Shown: in pieces, positions 17,681 through 26,779 of the stretch
How positions within the stretch are numbered: the stretch's first letter is position 1
Layout of the letters: each line of letters begins with the position of its first letter
IMG/VR virus record: IMGVR_UViG_3300043932_000242
DNA length: 64,000 nt
DNA from: an uncultured virus (IMG/VR IMGVR_UViG_3300043932_000242)
Taxonomy: Duplodnaviria > Heunggongvirae > Uroviricota > Caudoviricetes
Reading direction: 5' to 3' (one strand)
Notes under the pieces: generated by a model
Seen by the model: only the letters and a program-made list of their open reading frames with translations
The model's database searches: none
What the model was told of the DNA's origin: nothing
Position numbers and translations under genes: made by a program

Positions 17681-20600
17681 TTAGGTGAGGTTGGTGGACA
17701 TGGTGGATTGGCCGGTGTTGGAGAAGTACTCCCAGGTCACCCGCCCACCACCGGCGTCACGGATGGTTTTGATCCAGCCCTGGTTGAGCAAGCCAATCAA
17801 GGCGTTGACCCGGCTCATGAGGTCCTTGACCCGGTCGAACAGGCGGGTCATGTTGTAGTAGGACCCGTTGGAGACCACCATGACGTCGTAGGTGTGGAAG
17901 GCGATCTTGGCCAGGTTGTTACTCGAAGACCACCCCGGGAACGTGCCCAGACCGTTCAGCGTGACGTCTTGGAGGGAGATGGAGCGGTTGCCGGCGGTGT
18001 AGAACGACCACCCGTGTGTGCGCAAGCTGCTGCCCAGGTGAATGCCGGACTGGCCCCAGAACTTCCCCTTGGGATCCAAGGTGAGCATTGTGGTGAACAC
18101 TGTTGCTGTCGACGAGGCTTTATACGCCCAGTCCACGAAGTCCCCGGTGTACTCCAGCGCGTTCGTAATGCCTCGAACGTCTGGGTAGTCCTTCTTGTAC
18201 TGCTCGCCGATCCGCCCGATCTTGCGAGTGCCATACCAAAACGCCATACCCTGGCTGGTGATCTGCCCCTCCAGGGTGGACCCGTCATACCAGGAGATCG
18301 AATACGGGGTAATCCGGATCGTGTTCGACCAGCCCGCCAGGCCTACCTGGATCGCATTGGAGGCAAGCTTGTCCGCGGTGATCGACCGCGACCCGATCCG
18401 TGCAGCGCTCAGGGTGCCGGTCGTGATCTTGCCGGCATCCAGCGAGCCGATCTTCGCGCTGGTGATCGCAGCATCTGCGATCATGGCGGTCTTGATGAAC
18501 CCGGCTGCGATCGTGAGCTTGTCGCTGGTGATGCTGCCTGCACCGATCCGCGCAGCATTCAGGGTGCCGGTGGTGATCTTCCCGGCATCCAGGCTCGCGA
18601 CCTTCGCGCTGGTGATCGCGGCATCCTTGATCATCGCGGTGGTGATGTAACCGGCAGCGATCGAGAGCTTGTCGGAGGTGATCGAGGAGGCGGCGATACG
18701 CGCGGCACTTATATAGCCACTGGTAATCTTGGCGGCATCCAGGCTCGCGATTTTCGCACTCGTGATTGCCGCGTCCTTGATCATCGCAGTCGTGATGAAC
18801 CCAGCAGCAATCGAGAGCTTGTCTGAGCTGATGGAGGCTGCCTTGATGCGGGCAGCATCGAGGTAGCCGGTGGTGATTTTCGCAGCGTCCAGGCTGGCGA
18901 TCTTCGCACTCGTGATAGCCGCGTCTTTGATCATGGCGGTCGTGATGAACCCGGCAGCGATCACCAGCTTGTCGGAGCTAATGGAGGCGGCCTTGATGCG
19001 GGCGGCATCCAGGTAGCCGGTGGTGATCTTGGCGGCGTCCACCGCGCCGATCTTGGCGTTGGTGATGGCGGCGTCAGCGATCATGGATGTCTTGATCACG
19101 GCCGTATCAATGAGTGCTTGCCCGGTGACGTGCAGGCGTTTGCCGGCGATCAGCTCGACTTCTGGGGAGGCGTTGATCGCGGCAATTACCCCACCGGAAC
19201 CAACCTTGCCGTCCACCTCTCCTTCGAGGGCCTGGTAGGCGGCATCGAAGTCGGTGTCCATCTGGTTGATGCGATCGGTGAGCTCCTTGTCCTTGTCACC
19301 GAAGTCAGCCCTGGCCTTGGCGATAGCGTCGTCAACCCGGGCCGACAAGTCGTGGACAGCCTGCCCGTTTGCTGCGTCCCCGGCCTGAAAGTCAACGCGC
19401 ACCTGGCTGATCGCAGAGTTAATGTCCTCTTCCAAGGCCTGGGCTTGCTGTACTGCCTGGTCGAAACCTGCCTGCATGTCGGTGCGTACCGACGCCACCT
19501 CGGCATCGAACTCACTGTTCATCTGGGTGATCCGCCCACCCAGGTCGGTGCTGATCTGGGCGATCTCAGCGCGCGTTTTCTCCAGTTCTGCGTTGATCGC
19601 TGCGGCGGTGATATCTCCGGCGACCTGCACCCAGCCAGGTATGCCCTGGCTGGTGGTTTGGTACACCCAGATCGCCACCGCCCCATCGCCCACGTCCTGA
19701 AACCAGGTATCACCCAGTCGGGCACCCGCAGGCTCGACCTTCTGGTAGTAGACAGTGTTAGACCCGTTAGCCGAGATCAACGCCATGGCAGTGTCTTCTG
19801 CCCGGGTAGCCGCCTGCGCGGTCAGCGCCTTGATCTGACCCGTCAGCGACCGGGCTGCCACCACGCTGGGGTTGGTGGCCAAGGTCAGTGACTCATACAC
19901 CCCGGCAAGTGGGTTGAAGGTGTAGCCGGTGATACGGGCGGTCGCCTGCAGACCATAGGAGTCGGCATGCACCGTCACCCGATCCCCAATCAGTACTTGC
20001 TCTAGGCCTACCTGGTCGGGAGCCATCTCGGCCTCAATGACGAGGGCGGGCTGGTCGACATGCTCGACGCTAAACAGCCCGCCGGCCGCATCCCGCAGCG
20101 CCGCGAGAGCCTCATCCCTGGGCAGCTCGCCCTCACCGGGGTTGGCCGGATCCTTCGCGGCCTTGATCTGGTCGAAGGAGACCACACGGATATACGGGTG
20201 CGGATAGTCAGTGATGCGAGGTGAGTCGATGAAGACTTCCGGCAAGGTCAGTCCGTCAAAGCCGACCGGCAGGATGCGGGTGGCAAGGCTGGTGGTGTCG
20301 CGAGTGACGGTCAAGCCTGTGAGGTTTTTGCCTTCCCACACACTCGCCCCGCGGTCCCTTCCACGCGCGCTCACCCAGGTGATGCGGGTGTTGTCGCGGA
20401 TGATCTCCCCACCCCACCGTGAGAGCAGTCCGACTTCGTCATCGACGAGGGCTTCCAGGCCGGTTTTACGCACCCACCGAGCTGTCGTGCGATACCCGAT
20501 ACTCGTAGCAGGGCCCGCGGTGAACGGGTGCGGGGCTGACAGGGAGGAGAGCAGGTAGGCCAGGGCCTCGCTGGCGGTGCGGTTCACGGCCGCCCTATCC

Positions 20601-20905
20601 ACGATCACGTTCGATGCGAGGTCGCTGGTGATGTGGGTGCAGGTGGCGGTGATCAGCTGGTCGCTGGTGGCTTCCAGAGTGGTGATGCGAAACCCCTGAC
20701 GGCCCAGGCCAGGAACCGGGGCGGCCACAATGTCACCCTCTGCCACCATGCCCAGCTCACCCAACGGCCAGGCCAAGGACAGCGTGAATGCCCCGTTGAT
20801 CTCTTCACTCACCTCGGCGCTGGCCAGGTGGGGGTCGAGCACCATGCGGCCGCTCGTGGTGTAGGTGTCGCCCGGCTGCAGGGTGGGGGTATGCAGGGTG
20901 ATCAT
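17681..20905 (-). CDS. Tail spike/minor tail (Tal-like) protein with coiled coil and 50-aa repeats
   Basis: EEINGAFTLSL, RWGGE, GKNLTG, TRILPVG N-terminus; repeat region; C-terminal gp58-like domain. Confidence 0.85.
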   Translation of the reverse strand: MITLHTPTLQPGDTYTTSGRMVLDPHLASAEVSEEINGAFTLSLAWPLGELGMVAEGDIVAAPVPGLGRQGFRITTLEATSDQLITATCTHITSDLASNVIVDRAAVNRTASEALAYLLSSLSAPHPFTAGPATSIGYRTTARWVRKTGLEALVDDEVGLLSRWGGEIIRDNTRITWVSARGRDRGASVWEGKNLTGLTVTRDTTSLATRILPVGFDGLTLPEVFIDSPRITDYPHPYIRVVSFDQIKAAKDPANPGEGELPRDEALAALRDAAGGLFSVEHVDQPALVIEAEMAPDQVGLEQVLIGDRVTVHADSYGLQATARITGYTFNPLAGVYESLTLATNPSVVAARSLTGQIKALTAQAATRAEDTAMALISANGSNTVYYQKVEPAGARLGDTWFQDVGDGAVAIWVYQTTSQGIPGWVQVAGDITAAAINAELEKTRAEIAQISTDLGGRITQMNSEFDAEVASVRTDMQAGFDQAVQQAQALEEDINSAISQVRVDFQAGDAANGQAVHDLSARVDDAIAKARADFGDKDKELTDRINQMDTDFDAAYQALEGEVDGKVGSGGVIAAINASPEVELIAGKRLHVTGQALIDTAVIKTSMIADAAITNAKIGAVDAAKITTGYLDAARIKAASISSDKLVIAAGFITTAMIKDAAITSAKIASLDAAKITTGYLDAARIKAASISSDKLSIAAGFITTAMIKDAAITSAKIASLDAAKITSGYISAARIAASSITSDKLSIAAGYITTAMIKDAAITSAKVASLDAGKITTGTLNAARIGAGSITSDKLTIAAGFIKTAMIADAAITSAKIGSLDAGKITTGTLSAARIGSRSITADKLASNAIQVGLAGWSNTIRITPYSISWYDGSTLEGQITSQGMAFWYGTRKIGRIGEQYKKDYPDVRGITNALEYTGDFVDWAYKASSTATVFTTMLTLDPKGKFWGQSGIHLGSSLRTHGWSFYTAGNRSISLQDVTLNGLGTFPGWSSSNNLAKIAFHTYDVMVVSNGSYYNMTRLFDRVKDLMSRVNALIGLLNQGWIKTIRDAGGGRVTWEYFSNTGQSTMSTNLT
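18360..19100 (-). repeat. 150-bp (50-aa) intragenic tandem repeat, about 5 copies
   Basis: KITTG codons recur at 18421, 18571, 18721, 18871, 19021. Confidence 0.9.
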
Positions 20906-21594
20906 GGGTGCCTCCAACGAGGTAGGAGCCGGCCAGACACACCAGCAGGGACACTGACGGTCGTGGTGCCGGCAGGCAGGACAGGAAAATCAGTAGCCGT
21001 CAGGGCATCGAGTGCGATCTGCCCGGAGACGGTGCAGGTGCGTGCCTCGCAGTCGATCACCAGCTCACCTGAGCCCGGCAACCGCACGGTGTACGGCGTA
21101 GCCCCGATGCGGAAAGTGGCTTGCCCCGAGCCCGTCAGCGTGATGATGGGGCGGGCTGGAATGAGACTCGGGTTGCTCACCCGCACACTCCCACCGGCTG
21201 GCAAGGTGATGGGGGTAAGGCCCGACTCCAGGTAGGTGAACGGCCGGCAGGCGATCTCCAGGGTGGCCTGAAAACGGCTACCAAACCTGGCCACTTCTGA
21301 AACTGCGGCAGAGGCGGTGAGGAAGAAGCGGCCAGGCAGGTGGCTCAGCCGCAACTCCAACCCCGGCGTGGCACACACCCCAGCCAAGCGGTCGATGACC
21401 TCAAGTGTGGGGGCAAGCAGGCCGATCGTGAGGGTGCGAAGGCTCCAACCTCGCGGGCGCATCAAACGGCCCTCCCCGCCGATGATCTCCACCTCATCCA
21501 CCGCCCTGGCTGTCGGGGTGAGTACCGGTGGGTTGGTGATGCGGCAGCCGGTGGTATGCGAGTTGAAGGTGCCGAGGATAAACGAACGCACCAT
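20902..21594 (-). CDS. Distal tail protein (Dit-like)
   Basis: Position after tape measure; CRPFTY, NPS...RPIITLTGSG, DFPVLPAG, PRWR. Confidence 0.8.
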   Translation of the reverse strand: MVRSFILGTFNSHTTGCRITNPPVLTPTARAVDEVEIIGGEGRLMRPRGWSLRTLTIGLLAPTLEVIDRLAGVCATPGLELRLSHLPGRFFLTASAAVSEVARFGSRFQATLEIACRPFTYLESGLTPITLPAGGSVRVSNPSLIPARPIITLTGSGQATFRIGATPYTVRLPGSGELVIDCEARTCTVSGQIALDALTATDFPVLPAGTTTVSVPAGVSGRLLPRWRHP

Positions 21595-21602
21595 GTCCTC
21601 CT

Positions 21603-24251
21603 TTATGCGGGGAGCAGGCTGGCGGCGCGTGCCCGGCCTGCGATCGCTTTATCCATCAGGGGTGCCAAGCGGCCCACCAAAGTTCCGTCGGACAGGCGTA
21701 CCTGGATATCAAGCCGGTCGATCACCGCCTGGGCGGCTTGGGTGGCGATAGCTTCAACATCCACACCACCAGCAGAGGCAGCACCGGTAAGACCACCGAC
21801 AGAGGCTGATGCGGGGGTTCCATCAGGTGTTACGGCAACAGGGATGGTCACCCCGCTGGCAAGGCCAGCCAGGGTGTCGGTGACGTCTCCTGCCATGGCC
21901 TGGGCTGCATCCACCGCACGCGCCCCAGTAGCAGTAATCCCCCCGGCAAGGCCTCGGGTGAGCATGTCACCAATCCAGGCCATCTGCCGTGAGGGTGAGT
22001 GGATACCGAAGTAGTCGGTGATCCCATCCCAGATCGAGGCACACCAGGAGGCGACCTTGTTCCACAACCAGCCAGCCAGGGACTGGATTCCCTCCCACAG
22101 GCCGCGCACCAGGTTTTTGCCGACCTCAATCATCTGTCCCACCCCAGCGCCGAAGCCGCTGACGAGGGCAGAAATGATCTGTGGGACCGCGCTGACTACC
22201 GTGGCAATGATCTGCGGCAGCGCCGTGATCAGCGAGGTCAGCAGGCGGATACCAGCGTCGACGAGCTGCGGCAGTGCTGCCAGCAGAGCATTGATCACCG
22301 CTGCGATGATGGTTGGCATCGCGGCCACCAGGGTCTGAATGATCTGTGGCAGCGCCCCGATCAGGGCGGTGAGCAGCCGGATGCCGGCGTCGATGAGCTG
22401 CGGAATCGCGGTGAGCAGTCCTGTCACGATGCTGGTGATGATCTGCGGCAGGGCCGCCACGATGGCCTCAATGATCGTCGGCAGCGCCGTGACAATGCTG
22501 GTCAGCAGCTGGATGCCGGCGTCGATGATCATGGGGATCGCGGCGATGATGAAGTCCACCAGTGCCTGAATAATCTGAGGTAGTGCCTCAATGAGTACCG
22601 GCAGGGCTTGGATCAACCCCTGGGCCAGGCCCGTGATCAGCTGCAAAGCTGCGGCAAGGATCATGGGCAGGTTGTCTGCCAGCACCTGCACCATGGCAGC
22701 AATCACCTCGGCCATGCCGACCAGCAGACCAGGTAGGCCCTGGCCGATACCGTCAATGAGGGCGGTAAGGATCTGCACCCCCACATCAAGCAGACCCGGA
22801 AGCAGGTTCAAGATCCCGCCGATCACAGTGGTGACAACGGTGGAGGCCAAGGTGGCGATACTCGGCCCCATGGTGGACAGGGATTGGACGATGGTGTCCA
22901 AGGTTTTGAGTAGCTCCACCCCGATCTCGGGCACCTCGGCCGCCAAGAACTGGGCCGCCTGATCCACCACCGTGCCCAGAGCCTGGAGTAGACCAGCCAC
23001 GCCACCTGTCTCGAAACCAGTCGTGAGGGCATCAACCCAGGAGTTCACCGCCGGCAGCGCGGTGGACGCCAACAGGGAGGACAAGCCACCAGCCAGCGCG
23101 CCCTTGAGGCCCGCCACCCCGTCCTGCAAGGTCGAGACCTGCCCGGAGAAGGTCTTGGACTGGGCTTCCATCGCCCCATAAAACTGGCCACCCTCCGCTG
23201 TCGCCGAGGCAAAAGCGTCTGCGACCATGTCGGCGCTGATCGCGCCCTTTTCCATCTCCTCTTTAAGCTCACCGACACTCTTGCCGGTCTTCTTGCTCAT
23301 TTCCTGCAGGGGGTTGAACCCGGCGTTGATCATCTGCAACAGATCCTGCCCGGAGAGCTTGCCCGCACTAGACACCTGTGCGAAGGCGAGGGTCAAAGAT
23401 TCAAGCTTTTGGGCGTCCCCCTGAGAGATATCACCGAGCTGGCCAAGGCGCAGCTTTGCCTCATCCGCACTGATACCGAACGCCATCAACGTTTGGGTGT
23501 TTTTAGCTAGATCCTCCATCCCAAACGGAGTCTTGGCGGCTGTGGTTTTCAGGTCGTTGACCAGCTGCTGGGCCTTGGCCTGGTCGCCCAGCATGGTGGT
23601 AAAGCTCGTGGTGTACTGCTCCATCGAGGCGTTGTAGGCAACACCGTCCTTCATGGCCTGGGCAAACCCACGACCAATACCCGCGATCGCCCCACCAATA
23701 GCCTTGACCCCGCCAATGATCGCCTCAGCAGCAAGATTGGCTTTCAGGACATCACCAAAGATGCGGGACTTGCCCGAGGTGTCGTCGAGCTCGCCGCCAA
23801 GTTCATCGACCTCGCGGGAGAGCTTGTCCGCACCACTGGCCGCGTCCTTGAGCTCACCCTCCGAGGTGCCTGCAGCGGTGGTGAGCTCGTCGATCTTAGT
23901 GGTGTTCTCGGAGAGTTCACGCTCCATGTCGTTGAGCGTGGCGGTAGCATTATTGAGCTGGATCCGCCAATTCTGCGTCCTACTATCGGACTGGCCGAAG
24001 GAGGCCGACGCGTTATCCAGTGCGGCCTTGAGCGCCTGGATTTTGGAGCGCTGGGCCTCGATCTCTTTACCGAGCACCTGGTTGCGGGCGGTCAAGGCGT
24101 CAGCGTCGGTGGCGTTCTTGCCGAACTGGGAGGCCACCACCTTCATCTCTGAGCCAAGAACCCGCATCTCACGGTTGATGTCCGCGATCGCTTTCTTGAA
24201 CTCCCGCTCACCCTCCAGGCCAATCTTCAAACCAAAAGTGGAATCAGCCAT
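21603..24251 (-). CDS. Tape measure protein
   Basis: MADSTFGLKIGLEGEREFK, AAKTPF tape-measure domain, amphipathic repeats, FGIHSPSR. Confidence 0.92.
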   Translation of the reverse strand: MADSTFGLKIGLEGEREFKKAIADINREMRVLGSEMKVVASQFGKNATDADALTARNQVLGKEIEAQRSKIQALKAALDNASASFGQSDSRTQNWRIQLNNATATLNDMERELSENTTKIDELTTAAGTSEGELKDAASGADKLSREVDELGGELDDTSGKSRIFGDVLKANLAAEAIIGGVKAIGGAIAGIGRGFAQAMKDGVAYNASMEQYTTSFTTMLGDQAKAQQLVNDLKTTAAKTPFGMEDLAKNTQTLMAFGISADEAKLRLGQLGDISQGDAQKLESLTLAFAQVSSAGKLSGQDLLQMINAGFNPLQEMSKKTGKSVGELKEEMEKGAISADMVADAFASATAEGGQFYGAMEAQSKTFSGQVSTLQDGVAGLKGALAGGLSSLLASTALPAVNSWVDALTTGFETGGVAGLLQALGTVVDQAAQFLAAEVPEIGVELLKTLDTIVQSLSTMGPSIATLASTVVTTVIGGILNLLPGLLDVGVQILTALIDGIGQGLPGLLVGMAEVIAAMVQVLADNLPMILAAALQLITGLAQGLIQALPVLIEALPQIIQALVDFIIAAIPMIIDAGIQLLTSIVTALPTIIEAIVAALPQIITSIVTGLLTAIPQLIDAGIRLLTALIGALPQIIQTLVAAMPTIIAAVINALLAALPQLVDAGIRLLTSLITALPQIIATVVSAVPQIISALVSGFGAGVGQMIEVGKNLVRGLWEGIQSLAGWLWNKVASWCASIWDGITDYFGIHSPSRQMAWIGDMLTRGLAGGITATGARAVDAAQAMAGDVTDTLAGLASGVTIPVAVTPDGTPASASVGGLTGAASAGGVDVEAIATQAAQAVIDRLDIQVRLSDGTLVGRLAPLMDKAIAGRARAASLLPA

Positions 24252-24284
24252 AGGTGGTCTCCTTGTATGGGTAGCGCATAGGAC

Positions 24285-24322
24285 TAAGCCCCGCACCCGG
24301 GCAAGGTTGGGTGCGGGGCTTA
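24285..24322. promoter_or_regulatory. Perfect 14-bp inverted repeat between chaperone and tape measure genes
   Basis: taagccccgcaccc ... gggtgcggggctta. Confidence 0.6.
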
Positions 24323-24535
24323 GATGCCTGGCGGGATGATGTCGTCGATGGTGGGCTCAACACCGTTGCGGCTGGGTTGTTCGTGTTGCCAGTGGCATTC
24401 GACCAAATCCAGGAGCACACCGAGTGGGAGCAGCGCTGTCTGCCAGCGGTCCAGGTGCAGGTAGCGGTAGGCCAAGTACGTGAGCCTCGTGAGGGTTTCG
24501 GCCCAGCTACTGCCTGTGGTTGTGCTGCTCAGGCT
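24320..24535 (-). CDS. Tail assembly chaperone C-terminal extension (gpGT-like), reached by -1 frameshift; absent from the ORF track
   Basis: -1 frame reads SLSSTTTGSSWAETLTRLTYLAYRYLHLDRWQTALLPLGVLLDLVECHWQHEQPSRNGVEPTIDDIIPPGI*; no ATG in frame; slippery C CCA AAA at 24541-24535. Confidence 0.8.
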   Translation of the reverse strand, partial: SLSSTTTGSSWAETLTRLTYLAYRYLHLDRWQTALLPLGVLLDLVECHWQHEQPSRNGVEPTIDDIIPPGI

Positions 24536-24930
24536 TTTGGGGAGGCAACCTCACGGCGCATGCCCGCCTCCAAGGCAGCGGTGATCGCGTCCTTATAGTC
24601 GGCAAGCTCCCCGGGAACGGTGAGCAGCTCAACCTCCTCAGCGGTGATCTGCGGCCACTCATCCCCGCCTGTATGCAGGTTGTGGATGAGGACGGACTGA
24701 TTGGCCAACAGGGCGATCAGCCAGCAGATTTCACCGATCTGCTCACCCAAATCATTGGAGGATTCCAGCTTGTCGCCAAGCTGCTCAAGCCCGCCGTAGC
24801 GGGAGGCGATCTCGCGGGTAGCGCGGGTGGTGAGCACCAGCTCCAGGTCTCGTCCGCCCAGGCGGATGAACGCTGAGTGCCCCGGGCCTTCGGGCAGCAC
24901 ACTGGTGGGGTTCTTCTTCTTGGTGGCCAT
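24529..24930 (-). CDS. Tail assembly chaperone (gpG-like)
   Basis: ELVLTTRATREIASRYGGLEQLGDKL; between major tail and tape measure genes. Confidence 0.85.
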   Translation of the reverse strand: MATKKKNPTSVLPEGPGHSAFIRLGGRDLELVLTTRATREIASRYGGLEQLGDKLESSNDLGEQIGEICWLIALLANQSVLIHNLHTGGDEWPQITAEEVELLTVPGELADYKDAITAALEAGMRREVASPKA

Positions 24931-24941
24931 GCGTGTTCTCC

Positions 24942-25544
24942 TTAGTTGCCAGAGCCTGCGGTCGTGGTGGTGTAGGCCGGCTCATACACGGTCTTGAACC
25001 AACCATCGGTGATAGTCTTTGCGGCCTCGCCTTCGGTGGTTTCCACCTTCCACGGATGCTTGCCTGAGGGGTCGGGCTTGGTGCGGCGCAGGATCGTGCC
25101 CTCGATCTCCGGGGTGGAAAACTCGATCGAATCGCCCTTGGTGGTAAGCGAGGCAGTAGGTACGGCGAAGCGGACCTTATAGAGCCAGAAATACCGGTAG
25201 GTGCCATTCGCCTTGCGGGCACGAAACCCGATCGCAACCGGCGCCCCACCATCCTCGGATGTGGAGACCAGCACCTTGTTCTTATCGATGATGGCGCCAA
25301 CCAGGTCGGCGGCAACCTCGGCACTGATGTCATCCACACCCAGGGTCAGGGTGCCGGACTTGAATTCTTTGACGACCTCTGCAGGTCCGTCATCGGCATA
25401 CAGTATCGCTTCGGCGACTTCGATGGACACCTCCGCGCTGATCGCCTTAGCCAGCTGCTTAGGCGTGCCGTAGGTTTCCTCACCAGTGGAGGGGTTTTCC
25501 GTGATGGTCGCGTAGTAGAGAGAGTCGAGTCCGATAGTTGCCAT
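24942..25544 (-). CDS. Major tail protein (phi13-like)
   Basis: MATIGLDSLYYA, LYADDG, VAIGFRARKANGTYRYFWLYK. Confidence 0.9.
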   Translation of the reverse strand: MATIGLDSLYYATITENPSTGEETYGTPKQLAKAISAEVSIEVAEAILYADDGPAEVVKEFKSGTLTLGVDDISAEVAADLVGAIIDKNKVLVSTSEDGGAPVAIGFRARKANGTYRYFWLYKVRFAVPTASLTTKGDSIEFSTPEIEGTILRRTKPDPSGKHPWKVETTEGEAAKTITDGWFKTVYEPAYTTTTAGSGN

Positions 25545-25562
25545 GATGGGGGTTTCCTTTCG

Positions 25563-25913
25563 TTAGAGCAGGTGGTGGGTTTGGGTGTCGATGGCGTAGT
25601 GGTGGTAGCTGGTCTCGTCCTCGAAGCCGATATAGGAACGGGACGTGATCGTGACACCAGCAGCCAGTAGCGCGGCGGTGAGCTGGTCGCGAAGGGTCAG
25701 GTAGTTGCCCCGCGCATACACGGACAGGCGTGCTTCTTCGATCTGGGCTCTTGGGGTGTTATCCCCGTATAGGGCCAGGGTGTCGACTAGTGGGGTGAGC
25801 ACCACGAACGCTTCCGGCAGTGGGGTTTTGGTAAACAGTCCCACCCGCACCGGCAAGTCGAGCTTCTCGCAGGTGGTGGTGAGGTGTTCCAGCAGTGGGA
25901 TGCTCTCGCTCAT
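25563..25913 (-). CDS. Tail terminator/completion protein
   Basis: YIGFEDETSYHHYAID; synteny. Confidence 0.7.
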   Translation of the reverse strand: MSESIPLLEHLTTTCEKLDLPVRVGLFTKTPLPEAFVVLTPLVDTLALYGDNTPRAQIEEARLSVYARGNYLTLRDQLTAALLAAGVTITSRSYIGFEDETSYHHYAIDTQTHHLL

Positions 25914-26335
25914 GTGCTGCCTTTCGTCAGGCGCTCGGCCAACACCCGTTTCATGGCCTCCAGGGCTGGGGCGCGGGTGGTGCGGCGGGTGCGGGTAAGA
26001 AACGGGCGGGCTACTTGGCGGGTGGAGCCGTATTCGAGAATGGTCGCGATCTTCGCGTTCGAGCCCCCGTCTTGGCGGGGCTCATCGAAGCCGACTTTCA
26101 CGTTATGGTTTCCCGCCCGATCCGTCTTCACCGGGGTAACCCCCAGGGCTGCGACAAGCTGGCCGGTGGAGTACCTACCGGTGATGGATGCTGTGAGGTT
26201 GGCTCGCATGACCGGCTCAACCACACTGCCGGCGGCTTTCAGCGCTGCTTCGGCATGCTCATCGAGGTGGGCTCCTGCCGCCGTGAGCTCATCGAGCACA
26301 GTGGTGGGGAGTTTCACGGTTGCCTTCGCCATCAC
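25910..26335 (-). CDS. HK97 gp10-like neck protein
   Basis: STGQL, ILEYGS, ARPFL. Confidence 0.8.
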   Translation of the reverse strand: MMAKATVKLPTTVLDELTAAGAHLDEHAEAALKAAGSVVEPVMRANLTASITGRYSTGQLVAALGVTPVKTDRAGNHNVKVGFDEPRQDGGSNAKIATILEYGSTRQVARPFLTRTRRTTRAPALEAMKRVLAERLTKGST

Positions 26336-26676
26336 CCGCCTCCCTTCTCTGGGTTGCCTTCTGGGGTGTGTTGGTGTGCTTCGATCACGGTGTAGCGGCC
26401 GATCTGTTCAACCGTGTCGATTACCCAGCGGCCATCGGCGGCGGCGATCACCATGGACTCATCCACGCGGATTGCGGGGTGGGTGCGGATGCGGAAGATC
26501 GCGGTGGCTTTCGTGTAGGCCGCACGGTTAACCCACGCTGAGCTGGCGTGGCGGTGTTCGACCTCTGCTCGCACTGTGGCCAGAACCTTCTCGGCCACGA
26601 TGTCGAACCCCGCACTATCCCTGGTGTGGATGGGGGCGATGATGTCGATGTGAGAGCGCATCTGGCCTAGACCCAT
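26332..26676 (-). CDS. Head closure/head-tail adaptor (SPP1 gp16-like)
   Basis: MGLGQMRSHIDI, RDSAGF, AIFRIR. Confidence 0.75.
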   Translation of the reverse strand: MGLGQMRSHIDIIAPIHTRDSAGFDIVAEKVLATVRAEVEHRHASSAWVNRAAYTKATAIFRIRTHPAIRVDESMVIAAADGRWVIDTVEQIGRYTVIEAHQHTPEGNPEKGGG

Positions 26677-26779
26677 CGGACACTACCTTTCCAAAAGTGA
26701 AGACGATTATGGGCAAGCCCGCGGGAGACTCATGCTGGGTGCATCCGAGCAGTAGAAATCAGCTCTAGAGCCAAGCCGC

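Noticed and set aside
17681..20905. Diversity-generating retroelement targeting the tail gene
   Set aside because: No reverse transcriptase, and no template/variable repeat pair differing at adenines; the repeats are in-frame structural units
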